This document shows positions 13,101 through 34,250 of a stretch of DNA of 64,000 nt, one piece after another (position 1 is the stretch's first letter; every line of letters starts with the position of its first letter). Both the position numbers and the translations under genes were made by a program. The notes beneath the pieces were generated by a model that saw only the letters and a program-made list of their open reading frames with translations, made no database searches and was not told the origin of the DNA. This DNA comes from Eledone cirrhosa (taxonomy: Eukaryota): assembly GCA_964016885.1 (NCBI GenBank), contig OZ024749.1:2046001-2110000 (forward strand). Reading direction: 5' to 3'.

Positions 13101-13136
<36 letters not shown>

Positions 13137-13169
13137 CATATATATATATATACATGTATATATATATAT

Positions 13170-13263
<94 letters not shown>

Positions 13264-13266
13264 CTA

Positions 13267-13672
13267 TGGTGGCTGACAACTCGTTTTCGAGTACGGCCAC
13301 TACTTTATATCCATGTAAGAGAACTCCTACCGATGCACTGAACGAGTGTGACTTTTTAGTCCAGCCAACGACTTGAAAACTCTGGTACAAACACTACACT
13401 TGTGACAATTATTGACACATAGTGCTGGGCCCATGGTACCATGTGACGACAAGTACAGAGAGATCTCCAGATACAAAGCAATGCCTGTGCCGTGAAGCTT
13501 TTATAGTGAGCAAAGGCACTACACAAAGCCATTCCCACTCTCTTAACCAAGATGATATTTACCAAAAAGAAGAACAAGTCAACATCATTGGATACCATCA
13601 GAGTTGCAGGTGTTATATCAGAGTTTTCCTTCTCATAGAATTCTGCCTTGACAAAGGCTAAGTGGTCATCTC
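13267..13672 (-). mobile_element. 5'-truncated copy of the RTE-derived element
   Basis: Highly similar to 12461-12895. Confidence 0.8.
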
Positions 13673-13741
13673 ATGTATATATATATATATATATATACAC
13701 ATACATATATGTATATATATATACATACATATATGTATATA

Positions 13742-13926
<185 letters not shown>

Positions 13927-13939
13927 ATATATATATATA

Positions 13940-14131
13940 TAGGAACAAGTATGACCCCGACGGCAGAGCTCAAGCCGTTTCGACGGCTATTTGAGTCCAG
14001 AAATAGCCATTGAAACGGCTTGACCTCTACCGTCGGGGTCATACTTGTTCCTATTGCCCACTCTACTACCCTAAGTATTGAGTACTTTGGTGCATTATGG
14101 TCCATCTGGTTCTTTACCACAATTCCTTCGT

Positions 14132-14133
<2 letters not shown>
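13940..14133 (+). mobile_element. Fold-back element (palindrome 13940-14053) with the 3' half of an HHR; family also at 52917-52962, 54240-54369 and 61248-61405
   Basis: Inverted arms around gagtccag; family consensus gaaac-ggc-ttgagctct-gcc-gtc-ggggtc gives stem III plus a GUC triplet. Confidence 0.6.
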
Positions 14134-14174
<41 letters not shown>

Positions 14175-14175
14175 T

Positions 14176-14248
<73 letters not shown>

Positions 14249-14468
14249 TTGGGGAGGGTCATATTTGCGTAATATTGCCAGAATTAATAACAGAACACAC
14301 TCACTGTTTGGTTGGTTTTCGCTTCTCGCTGTCTTTTATTATATCTGCGATCTAACTTACTCGGTCCTCAATGTTGCCATTGACTGACCGGCGGTCAAAA
14401 ATAATACAGATACAATATAGACACAAACACATATATATATATATATAGTTTACATAATTTACATAAAT

Positions 14469-14500
14469 CTTTCGTTGCACATCTGCAACATCGTCAGTGG
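14469..14500 (-). ncRNA. Partial HHR motif (core + stem II + GAAA)
   Basis: Minus strand ctgacga-t-gttgca gatg tgcaac-gaaag; stems III and I not recognisable. Confidence 0.4.
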
Positions 14501-14673
14501 TGTTATATTCATTGTTCCTCCTGTTGTGTTGTATGTCTACGCCATTTTTTTTTGTTCAGTCTGTTTCATATAAAAAACCTCGCAAAACTAATTCATCGCC
14601 GCTATATATATATATATATATAGATAAATATATATACATATATATATATATAGAGAGAGAGATAAATATATAT

Positions 14674-14738
<65 letters not shown>

Positions 14739-14783
14739 AATACATACATATATATATATAAATACATACATATATATATATAA

Positions 14784-14861
<78 letters not shown>

Positions 14862-15158
14862 GCAAACATATATATATATATACATATATATAAATATGCA
14901 TATATATATATATATATATATATATGCAAAGATATATATATATACATATATATAAATATGCATATATATATACATATATATAAAAAATAAATATTTATAT
15001 ATATGTGTGTGTGTGTGGGGGTGGGTGTGGGTGTAGATGGTGGCTTGAGAAAGCCATAACTTACAACATTCAAATATTATCTGACTTAGAAATCTATAGG
15101 GTTAGATAACGATTGCATTTTATTTTGTGGAATGAAAAGTGGTACCTTCTCTTCAATG

Positions 15159-15266
<108 letters not shown>

Positions 15267-15299
15267 TGTATAGATATTTATATATGGATGTATGCGAAA

Positions 15300-15490
15300 G
15301 GTAAACGGACCACAACAAAGGAAACGATGCAGTAGAAGGAAGATATTTACAATATTAGTTTAACCCTTGTGTGGGAAAAGGTCTGAAACGATTCGGAGGC
15401 TAGTCCTTCATCAGAAATAAGAGATAGTATAGAGGACAGTGAGAAGATAAGAAACGAAATACAATTTTTGAGGAGAAAAAGCACGTGTGT
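15300..15490 (-). mobile_element. Penelope-like terminal remnant with mutated HHR (family of 50340-50470)
   Basis: Minus strand ctgatga-aggac tagc ctcc-gaatcgtt...gttaaactaata, similar to 50373-50438. Confidence 0.55.
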
Positions 15491-15601
15491 GTTCCGTACA
15501 TACATACATACATATGTACATATGTACATACATACGTATATGCATTACACATATATACATATATAAATATATATATACATAAACCCCACCCACACACGCA
15601 T

Positions 15602-15657
<56 letters not shown>

Positions 15658-16919
15658 AATTAAACGGTGGCGCGTAACAGTTACCATTGTAATAAATATT
15701 AACTACCCTACACAGAGAACAACAGGCATAAACGACAAACGAATATCTAATCTCTCTCTTCAGCCACCTCTTGTAAATACAGTTTCGTACATTTCTGTAG
15801 CATTTTATTATTATAGCAAACTGCTACAGCACTTTAACCATTTGGACCAAAACATTATTTGAAAATGTTTGATGTAATTATATTTCTATGTCATTGAATT
15901 TAGCTATAGGAAACTAAAGTTGTGAGATTGTAAAGTTATGAGGTTATGAGGTGTTATATGAAATTATATATCTTTAGAAGTCGTAGGAATATTAGGAATT
16001 TGTTAAGACTAACATATCGTAGCTGCAATAAAGACAGATTAAGATATTAAATAAACTAAAACCAACGAAAACATAATTACTGCCGTAATATAAAATGTGA
16101 TTAGCTCATGATTTCGTAGTTTCCTGTAAGTTGAATAATTATGTAAACGGTGTAAGTACAATTCAGAATATTAGGAATTATTAATAACCCACAACAAATT
16201 AAAGTACATGATGACATGTAATACGTATAGAAATATACGGTAATTATGTAACGACAAACGTAAAATTCGTCCATTTCTACACAAGTATCTATTAATGTCA
16301 AAATGAGGAACTCTCAATATTACGTAAATATAGTTTAATTTGTATTTTACTGGGCAATTTTCCGATCGTTGTCAAAACTTGATACTAATAGTTTTTGATA
16401 TACAAACATATTTTAACATTATTAAATGCAAATATGGAAACAGTCTGAGAGAAGATCTTGAAGCCGACTATTAAAAGGCCATCTCAGATACTGTAAAAGA
16501 TGTACCAACCATAGTCTGAGAGAAGATCTTGAAGGCCATCTCAGATACAATATATTGTAAAAGATGTACAAACTATAAACAAACTGTTTGAGGTTACGAA
16601 AAGATTCAATCTATATATACATTTTAGTCATTTCCGTCCGTCACACGATGTGTGAGTGTTTGTGTGAATGTATGTGTGTGAAAAGGGAAGGCAATGCTGA
16701 AAAAACCTATAGCAAAACAGCGTCTGGCGTTCAATTTACTACGCCGTGTGTGAGTGCTTGTGTACTTGTAATTGCATATGTGTGTGTGTTTGCGTGAATG
16801 TATGTGTGTTTGTGTTTGAGTGTATGTGTGTTGGTGTGAATATATGTCTGTATTTTTGTAAGTGTGTCTGTGTTTGAGTGTCTATATTTATATACTCATA
16901 CATATAAATGTATGCATAT

Positions 16920-16964
<45 letters not shown>

Positions 16965-17674
16965 TACGTAACAGCGTGTTGATAACAATTCTCGTAAGAG
17001 AAACTTCTGCTTTACATCTTTTTAGTCTTATTTTGGCTCCCGTCAACTTCCCTATTTTAATTTCAATATTTTAATGTTCAAATATGTCTGGTTATCTTGT
17101 ATTTGTTTCTCAACTGAAAGAAGTACTAGATACTTCCTCTAATATGCTATACCTTACTAGCTCTATACGGACGTTTAAATTGATTAAATGGATAAATATG
17201 TCTAAAATGAAGCAGATGTATAAAAGCAAGTTCTCTCTCGACACTTAGCAGACATGTAATTTACCGACGTCTGTCTAGTGGTCTCACATAAAATAACTTA
17301 TAAATAATATATTTCTATCAGAAACGCTCGGGAACATGTTTCAATAAAGATCCCATGACAGTTACATCCACACACACATCCATCCACACACACACACATC
17401 CACACACAAACACACATCCACACACAAACACACAAATCCACACACACACATCCACACATAAACACACATCCACACACATCCACACACATCCACACACAAA
17501 CACACACCCGCACGCACACATCCACACATACACACATCCACACACAAACATACATCCACACACAAACACACATCCACAAAACAAACACACATCCACACAC
17601 AAACACACATCCACACACAAACACACATCCACACACATCCACACACAAACACACATCCACACACAAACACACAT

Positions 17675-17714
<40 letters not shown>

Positions 17715-17887
17715 CCACACACAACCACACATACACGCACACACACACATCCACACAGACAGGCACACACATGTATAAATAATTATGTAACAGTAGTTAC
17801 ATCATATGAGAGTTCGTGTGAGAGTTTGTGTGAGAACTGAAATGATTGGATCGAGGAAGCCATTCCATAAAGCTATTATTATTATTA

Positions 17888-18104
17888 GGGCGGCGGATTA
17901 GCAGAATCGGTAGAGTGTCGGACACCATGCTTCGTGGCAGAGAGTTACGGCCCATTATGGTATGAGTTCAAATCTTGCCGAGGTTTGCTTTGCCTTTCAT
18001 CAGTTCAGGGTCGATAAAATAAAGTACCAGTAATGTACTGGTGTCGATTTAATTGAATCCCTCGCCAAAATTGTTGGCCTTGTGCCTAAACCAGAAACAT
18101 TTAT
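17888..18104 (+). mobile_element. Nin/Deu-like SINE copy
   Basis: gagttcaaatcttgccgagg...ttgcctttcatcagttcagggtcgataaaataaagtaccag. Confidence 0.85.
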
Positions 18105-18299
18105 TAGTAAATAGATTGTATTATAATATAAACCAGTGTGTATATATTGAGAGGGGGGGGGGGGGGGGGGTTATAGACCAGCCTTTATATATTGAAAGGG
18201 GTTATAGACCAGCCTGTATATATTGAGAGGGGAGGGGGGTTATTAACGGTTATGTTCTTGTTATTGTTACTATTATTGTTTTATAGTAATAAGTACAGA

Positions 18300-20056
18300 A
18301 GCTGAGATGTGGTAGTGTGACAGGGACAAGCTGAGATGTGGTAGTGTGACAGGGACAAGGTGAGAGATGGTAGTGTGACAGGCACAAGGTGAGATGAGGT
18401 AGTGTAACAGGGACAAGGTGAGATGAGGTAGTGTGACAGGGACAGGGTGAGATGAGGCAGTATGACAGGGACAGGGTGAGATGAGGTAGTGTGACAGGGA
18501 CAAGGTGAGATGAGGTAGTGTGACAGGGACAGGGTGAGATGTGGTAGTGTGACAGAGACGAAGGTGAGATGTGGTAGTGTGACGGGGATGAAGGTGAGAT
18601 GTGGTAATGTGACAGGGACAAGGTGAGAGATGGTAGTGTGACAGGGACAAGGTGAGATGAGGTAGTGTAACAGGGACAAGGTGAGATGAGGTAGTGTGAC
18701 AGGGACAAGGTGAGATGAGGTAGTGTGACAGGGACAAGGTGAGATGAGGTAGTATGACAGGGACAGGGTGAGGTGTGGTAGTGTGACAGGGACAAGGTGA
18801 GATGTGGTAGTGTGACAGGGACAGGGTGAGATGTGGTAGTGTGACAGAGACGAAGGTGAGATGTGGTAGTGTGACGGGGACGAAGGTGAGATGTGGTAGT
18901 GTGACAGGGACAAGGTGAGATGTGGTAGTGTGACAGGGACAAGGTGAGATGAGGTAGTATGACAGGGACAGGGTGAGGTGTGGTAGTGTGACAGGGACAA
19001 GGTGAGATGTGGTAGTGTGACAGGGACAGGGTGAGATGTGGTAGTGTGACAGAGACGAAGGTGAGATGTGGTAGTGTGACAGGGGCGAAGATGAAATGAG
19101 GTAATGTGACAGGGACAAGATGAGATGAGGTAGTGTGACAGGAACAAGGTGAGATGTGGTAGTGTGACAGGGACAAGGTGAGATGTGGTAGTGTGACAGG
19201 GACAGGGTGAGATGTGGTAGAGTGACAGGGACAGGGTGAGATGTGGTAGAGTGACAGGGACATGGTGAGATGTGGTAGTGTGACAGAGACGAAGGTGAGA
19301 TGTGGTAGTGTGACGGGGACAGGGTGAGATGAGGCAGTATGACAGGGACAGGGTGAGATGAGGTAGTGTGACAGGGACAGGGTGAGATGTGGTAGTGTGA
19401 CAGGGACAGGGTGAGATGAGGTAGTGTGACAGGGACAGGGTGAGATGTGGTAGTGTGACAGGGACAGGGTGAGATGTGGTAGTGTGACAGGGACAGGGTG
19501 AGATGAGGTAGTATGACAGGGACAGGGTGAGATGAGGTAGTGTGACAGGGACAGGGTGAGATGTGGTAGTGTGACAGGGACAGGGTGAGATGTGGTAGAG
19601 TGACAGGGACAGGGTGAGATGTGGTAGTGTGACAGGGACAAGGTGAGATGAGGTAGTGTGACAGGGACAGGGTGAGATGAGGTAGTGTGACAGAGACATG
19701 GTGAGATGTGGTAGTGTGACAGGGACATGGTGAGATGAGGTAGTATGACAGGGACATGGTGAGATGAGGTAGTGTGACAGGGACAAGGTGAGATGTGGTA
19801 GTGTGACAGGGACAGGGTGAGATGTGGTAGAGTGACAGGGACAGGGTGAGATGAGGTAGTGTGACGGGGATGAAGGTGAGATGTGGTAATGTGACAGGGA
19901 CAAGGTGAGAGATGGTAGTGTGACAGGGACAAGGTGAGATGTGGTAGTGTGACAGGGACAGGGTGAGATGTGGTAGTGTGACAGGGACAAGGTGAGATGT
20001 GGTAGTGTGACAGGGACAGGGTGAGATGAGGTAGTGTGACAGGGACAAGGTGAGAG
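18300..20056. repeat. 29-bp minisatellite (AAGGTGAGATGTGGTAGTGTGACAGGGAC)n, ~60 copies
   Basis: Direct tandem repetition with recurring variant units. Confidence 0.97.
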
Positions 20057-20265
20057 ATTTATCAAGGAACAGCTTCACACTTTATCCTGTATAATTTCAG
20101 GAAATACAACGAAAATGATATCTGAAGGAATTTGTCTTTTAAAAGGTTATCATGGATTTTTTGCACTGGAATTCCATAAACACAGATACATATCACACAC
20201 ACACTCACGCACTCACACTCACACTCACACATATGTATGTATATATATATATATATATATATATC

Positions 20266-20747
<482 letters not shown>

Positions 20748-20748
20748 G

Positions 20749-20793
<45 letters not shown>

Positions 20794-20852
20794 TATATTA
20801 TATATATATATATATACTCATATCGATAAACATATATATATACATAGAAACA

Positions 20853-20886
<34 letters not shown>

Positions 20887-21836
20887 CTTAACGCTGGAAA
20901 TAATAAGATCAGGTTTTTATATATAACCCTTAATAATCTCTGTACTGCATGTAGATAGTACAGACTATGTGTTTAATATTAAATATAATTCAATCTATTT
21001 GATACACTGAAGAAATATATATATATACAGAGAGAGAGAGTGAGAAGGAAATAGAGAGAGGGGGGAGATAAGGAGAGAGAGGGGGGAGAGAGGGGAGGAT
21101 AGAAGAGAGAAGTGAGAGAAACAATGTAGTTGTTTTTAGCGATGTTGCTTCGTTGAAGTATGTTGTAGATATACGGCAGACATTGTTCTCAGTTGCTAAC
21201 AATATTGTATCTCAACATTTTAATAGATGCATAAATTGTATTGTGTTTTTTAAGTACGTTCTCCTCGTCTAACTCCACCAATAACAATGACAGGTTATAT
21301 AGCTTTATATATTTATCAAATCTAATCTGAATGGATTCCTCAACTGATTCGTCATAAGTAAACACATACGCTCACACACACACATCGGTACACACAAACA
21401 GCTCACACTCACAGATACACACACATATACATATAACTCACAGATACACACACATATACATATAAACACACAATCAAGCAGACACAAGCGCACACACAAA
21501 CACTCTTTCTGCCTTGCCCTATCACACGCATACACATTATCTCTATATATATATTTGTATCATGGCTTACTATCGAGTATAACCAACGTTTGCAAGTTGC
21601 CGTCACTTCATTTAAAAATGCAGTCCCTTCCATTATGGTCGCACAAGATGAAGACAAATCAATTTGGCAGAATCACGAGGCTCACTTCCCAGACACCGAA
21701 AATACTTCAATGTGGGACGCAGCCGCATCTGAGGACCGTAGTATTATGTATCACTTTTATATACAACCATTGCATACATTGGAGATTTTGGAGACGTTAC
21801 AAGATGACATCAGCTGAGCTAGGGATGAGATCTCTA

Positions 21837-24048
<2,212 letters not shown>

Positions 24049-24050
24049 TT

Positions 24051-24462
24051 CGTTTCTGAATTTGTTTAGCAAGATTCTTTATCTGAAATCGTGTGTTGAA
24101 ACCGATATTGTTATACTTTGGGAGGGTCATGTTGCCAATAAGAAACACACGCACCAGTTGCTTTCACTTCAATTTAATTTAATATATATTTATAAATTTA
24201 CAAACAAAATGGCGTAGGATAGAAGAAAGGAAAGGCACAGAAACGAAGAAAGAAATCCCCAGTCACTGAAGAGGTCACAGAGTGTGTGACGAAAGAACTA
24301 TGACTATATATATATAAACAACTATCTGGTTGTGGAACCAACCAACCAACCAGAAATTTATAAATTTGTAAATTTATAAATATATATTAAATTAAATTGA
24401 AGTGAAAGCAACTGGTGCGTGTGTTTCTTATTGGCAACATGACCCTCCCAAAGTATAACAAT
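24051..24462 (+). mobile_element. Penelope-like pLTR fragment with ~97-bp inverted ends
   Basis: IRs ~24106-24203 / 24364-24462; same family as 20266 and 26287, with the interior in the opposite orientation relative to 20266. Confidence 0.8.
24261..24305 (+). ncRNA. Minimal type-I hammerhead ribozyme
   Basis: AGUCA-CUGAAGA-G-GUCACA gagug UGUGAC-GAAA-G aa C-UA-UGACU: stem I 5 bp, intact core, stem II, 1-bp stem III, CUA triplet. Confidence 0.75.
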
Positions 24463-26286
<1,824 letters not shown>

Positions 26287-27122
26287 ATTGTTATACTTTG
26301 GGAGGGTCATGTTGCCAATAAGAAACACACGCACCAGTTGCTTTCATTTCAATTTATTATATATTTATAAATTTACAAGTTTATAAATTTATAAATTTCT
26401 GGTTGGCTGGTTGGTTCCACAACCAGATAGTTGTTTATATATAGTCATAGTCTTTTCGTCACACACTCTGTGACCTCTTCAGTGACTGGGGATTCCTTTC
26501 TTTGTTTCTGTGCCTCCCCTTTGTTCTGTCCTACGCCATTTTGTTTCTGTGTGTGTGTTGTGTGCTCAGTCTGGGCATGCGCCACGTCCGGGTGTCTCTG
26601 TGTGTTTATGTTCATTTATCTATTTGTTTATTTATTTACTTATTTACATGTTACTGGTTGGTTGTTTGTTCTATGTGTGTGTGTGTTTTCATTTTGTCCT
26701 TAATTGTAAGTTGTGATGTTGATGTTCCACTTATATTTCCTATTTAATTTTGGTTGTAATTCTTTTATGTTTATTGCCTCTGTAATTTGTCTAAACATTG
26801 CATCTTTTCTGTGTGTAGATTCTATTTTTATTTCTATGTTCTCTAATTTACCCTTGTGTTCTATCTTAGCATGTTGGTAGAGTACAGATGATTCTTTATT
26901 ATCTTGAAGTCTCGCCAGTGTTCATTTATCCGTTCCCCTATACTACGAGCTGTCTCACCTATGTACACTATATTTTTGTCTCTACATTGTCCTTCAGTAC
27001 ATCTTATGCTATACACTACATTTCTAGTTTTACAGTTAATATGGGGCTTATTTTACAGGTTATACATTTCTTATCTATACATGAGGGTCTTTGAAAGGGT
27101 ATGTCTTGCTAATAAGTGTTTT
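26287..27122 (-). mobile_element. 5'-truncated Penelope-like retroelement (GIY-YIG end + 3' pLTR with HHR at 26443-26487)
   Basis: Endonuclease remnant followed downstream on the minus strand by agtca-ctgaaga-ggtcacagagtgtgtgac-gaaaag-a-cta-tgact; flanked by (TA)n on both sides. Confidence 0.9.
26724..27120 (-). pseudogene. Frameshifted GIY-YIG endonuclease of a Penelope-like element
   Basis: Manual translation across ~3 frameshifts: CIDKKCITC / [40 protein letters not shown] / SVLYQHAKIEH...MFRQITEAINIKELQPKLNRKYKW; not in the supplied ORF track. Confidence 0.9.
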
Positions 27123-27124
27123 TA

Positions 27125-29964
<2,840 letters not shown>

Positions 29965-30447
29965 GGAAAGTTATATTTAAATTGTTGGGTTACAACTAGT
30001 AAATATTTATAACTGATATAAAAGCACTCGACAAGTATTTGGAGTATATTTACAATATTAAATAAATGGAAACTATATTTATAAAACCATATTTATTTCA
30101 TTATATATATTTCAGGGATATCATATTAACAATATGCTATGCCTTCCTCAGACAAAATACAATATAAACAGTTTTATAGATAAATAGATTTGACATACCG
30201 TAACAACATCGACTTGTATTTGAAAAGTTGAACTGCCAATTCAACTTTTCAAATACAAGTCGATGTTGTTACGGTATGTCAAATCTATTTATCTATAAAA
30301 CTGTTTATATAATCTATTTATCTATAAAACTGTTTATATTGTATTTTGTCTGAGGAAGGCATAGCATATTGTTAAATATGATATCCTGAAATATATATAA
30401 TGAAATAAATATGGTTTTATAAATATAGTTTCCATTTATTTAATATT
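29965..30447. mobile_element. Fold-back palindromic Penelope-like remnant (arms ~30054-30232 / 30240-30447) with an HHR in each arm
   Basis: Near-perfect inverted arms, 28-bp duplication in the right arm; homologous to 52502-52860. Confidence 0.8.
30342..30407 (+). ncRNA. Minimal type-I hammerhead ribozyme (mirror copy at 30094-30159, -)
   Basis: UAUUUUGU-CUGAGGA-stem II (agg..cauauu/aauaug..ccu)-GAAAU-AUAU-AUA-AUGAAAUA; 8-bp stem I, palindromic loop 3. Confidence 0.7.
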
Positions 30448-30473
30448 ATACATATATATATATATATATACAT

Positions 30474-30538
<65 letters not shown>

Positions 30539-30540
30539 CA

Positions 30541-31246
<706 letters not shown>

Positions 31247-31343
31247 ATATATATATATATATATGCACACCAACTGGTGACCTGACATATATATATATAT
31301 ATATATGCACACCAACTGGTGACCTGACATAATATATACATAC

Positions 31344-31500
<157 letters not shown>

Positions 31501-31504
31501 ATAC

Positions 31505-31776
<272 letters not shown>

Positions 31777-31778
31777 TA

Positions 31779-31815
<37 letters not shown>

Positions 31816-32056
31816 TATACATATATATACATATATATATAAGAGAGAGAGATAGAACAATTGGTTTTGAAATATAAAAACTGGAATGATGAAGGTGAAA
31901 AAGTTATATCGGCTCAAAATATGATATTTAAACAATAAACTTTGCATAAATATGAATTGCTAATATACCAGTTTATCCACTCTGTCAGGATGAAACATAT
32001 GTAAATTAAATTATAATTATATGGTAACATATTTTATATATATATATATATATATA

Positions 32057-32260
32057 GTAATAGTAATAAATTTGAAGACTAAAATCAAAAGAGGGTTCGA
32101 TAAGGATAAATATATATCAAATATATAAGAACCGTAGACCAAATATTTATTAAAATAACAGATTAAAGTTTAAGCAAAGAATCGCTGCTTTCACCCTTAA
32201 CGGTTAAGGTGAAAGCATCGATTCTTTGCTTAAACTTTAAGCTGTTATTTTAATAAATAT
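32057..32260. mobile_element. Fold-back element (palindrome 32143-32260); unfolded homolog at 41748-41905
   Basis: Inverted ~57-bp arms centred on ccttaa-cgg-ttaagg; near-identical left part at 41748. Confidence 0.65.
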
Positions 32261-32269
32261 ATACATACA

Positions 32270-32301
<32 letters not shown>

Positions 32302-32319
32302 CATATATATATATATATA

Positions 32320-33330
32320 GTAAAAATTTGAACGGGAACAAAACAGAGAGGCAGTACGAACAAAGGTTTATTAGTTTCACGCTCTTGAGAGTGGGGTGGT
32401 GGTGGGGAACAACGTTTCGGGCATAAGCCCTTCTTCAGGTGAAAAGTGTGTGGGAAGAGAGTTCCAAGAGTGTGTAGGGGAGTGGTGGAGAGACATATAG
32501 AAATAAGGGGGTGAGAGGAAACGGTACAAATGAAATTAAATATAAAGGCATGATAAAAATAAAAATAACAATAATGCACATGAAGTAAAACAGGTGGTGG
32601 AAGGGTGTGGGGCGTGTAGGGGTGGTGGCGGGTGGAGTGGGGAGAGGGAGACGGGGTGTCCGAGCGGGGAGGGCTGAAGGTGGTGTGTGTGTGTAGGTGT
32701 ACGTGTGTGTGTGTGTGTATGTGAAAGTAAGAGTTGGGGGAAGAACGGGGTTGCATGTTCAGGAAGAGGTGTGTGTGGGGTGGGGTGTGTGTCGGAGTGT
32801 GTGTGCGTGTGTGGATAGAGGGGTGGGGGGAGAGGATTCCGGAGGCTGAGGGTGTAAATATGTGGTGGTACGCACGTGTGTGTATGGTGTTTATGCGTAT
32901 TGTGGATGTAGGTGGCGTGTGGGAAAACAATTTTTTGGGGGGGTATATCCATGGGTGAATCGTTAAGGTAATTCCGTAGACGGTGTGGTGGAATGCTGAG
33001 TAATATTCTTGGGATGTGGTGGATTCTCGGGATCAAGGTTCACATATGTGTAATCCGTGAAGAGATAGGTCGGAAGAGGTGAGATGTGGGGTGCGCGCGC
33101 AACAGGAAGTGGTCAGAGGGTCAAGGCAGGAGGAGGGTTGTGTGTCTGTGTGTGCGGGGAGGTGGTCAGAGAGGCATAGCAGCAGTAGGGTAGAATGGTA
33201 AGTGAAGAAAGTCGGTGTGTCAGTGTGTGTGGAGGTGCGGTGGACAGGGGAGAGGATGGGTAGGTGTGAAAGTTGGAGTGAGGAGGGGTGTGTGTGTATT
33301 AGTAGAGGTGTTAGTGGGATGTGTGTATAT
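32320..33330 (-). mobile_element. Degenerate Penelope-like element 3' region with classical PLE HHR motif at ~32408-32440
   Basis: Minus strand ctgaaga-a-gggc ttat gccc-gaaacgtt; tail shared with 12268-12340; upstream extent uncertain. Confidence 0.55.
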
Positions 33331-33574
33331 ATATATATATATATTTTCCCGAGTCCGGAAAATATTATAGCCACCCGTTTTACGTGTGTTGTATTGAAAC
33401 GAATAACTATGTGTATACTCTGGAAATGTATCCTACATTACCTATTGAGTACGCTGAGATACAACCGGTCGAGGCATTGATAAATATGCTGGGTCCTTAT
33501 TATATATATATAATATAATATATACATTATATATTATATATTATATATAATAACTCCTCATATATATATATATA

Positions 33575-33936
33575 TTTAAAGTAGAGACTATGTAACTTAC
33601 TTCTTTTCGGCGACAGAAGGGAGAGAAGTTAACAGTCTGTTTCACGCTGTTGGCGATCATCAGAGCCACGCACTCCCCGCTTTCACCGAAAATTATAGAA
33701 GCTGAATTCATATAGAATCCCAGTAATAATCAGGAGCTGATTATACAGAGCGATTGCCGGTCCAGCAAAAATCAGGTATTAGGGTTGGGGCTCTGAAATA
33801 GCGATGGCTACATGAATGTATGTATAGTATATTTGGCGTGCGTGGCTCTGAAGATCGCCAACAGCGTGAAACAGACTGTTAGCTTCTCTGCCTTCTTTCG
33901 CCGAAAAGAAGTAAGTGACATAGTCACTACTTTAAA
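33575..33936. mobile_element. Inverted-repeat element (arms 33575-33673 / 33837-33936) with an HHR in each arm
   Basis: + 33845-33884 gct-ctgaaga-tcgc caaca gcgt-gaaac agact gtt-agc; - 33627-33667 the same with ctgatga. Confidence 0.75.
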
Positions 33937-34012
33937 ACCGATAGCGTATGGTCTTCAAAATGTTTTTAATTAAAAATACTGTATATTGCCAAATATACTA
34001 TACATACATTCA

Positions 34013-34186
34013 TTGGCAGTATCGGTAGAGAGTCGGACGCTATGCTTTCCAGCATAGTTACGTCCCTTTACGGTCTGAGTTCAAATCCTGCCGAGGTTCA
34101 CTTTGCCTTTCATCCTTACGGGGTCGATAAAATAAAGTACCAGTAATGCACTGGGTAATTGATGGCCTTGTGCCAAAAGTAGAAAC

Positions 34187-34190
<4 letters not shown>
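34013..34190 (+). mobile_element. Nin/Deu-like SINE copy
   Basis: Close match to 3217-3400. Confidence 0.88.

Positions 34191-34249
<59 letters not shown>

Positions 34250-34250
<1 letters not shown>

Noticed and set aside
18250-20078. 560-600-aa ORFs in three frames
   Set aside because: The 29-bp satellite has no stops on the minus strand
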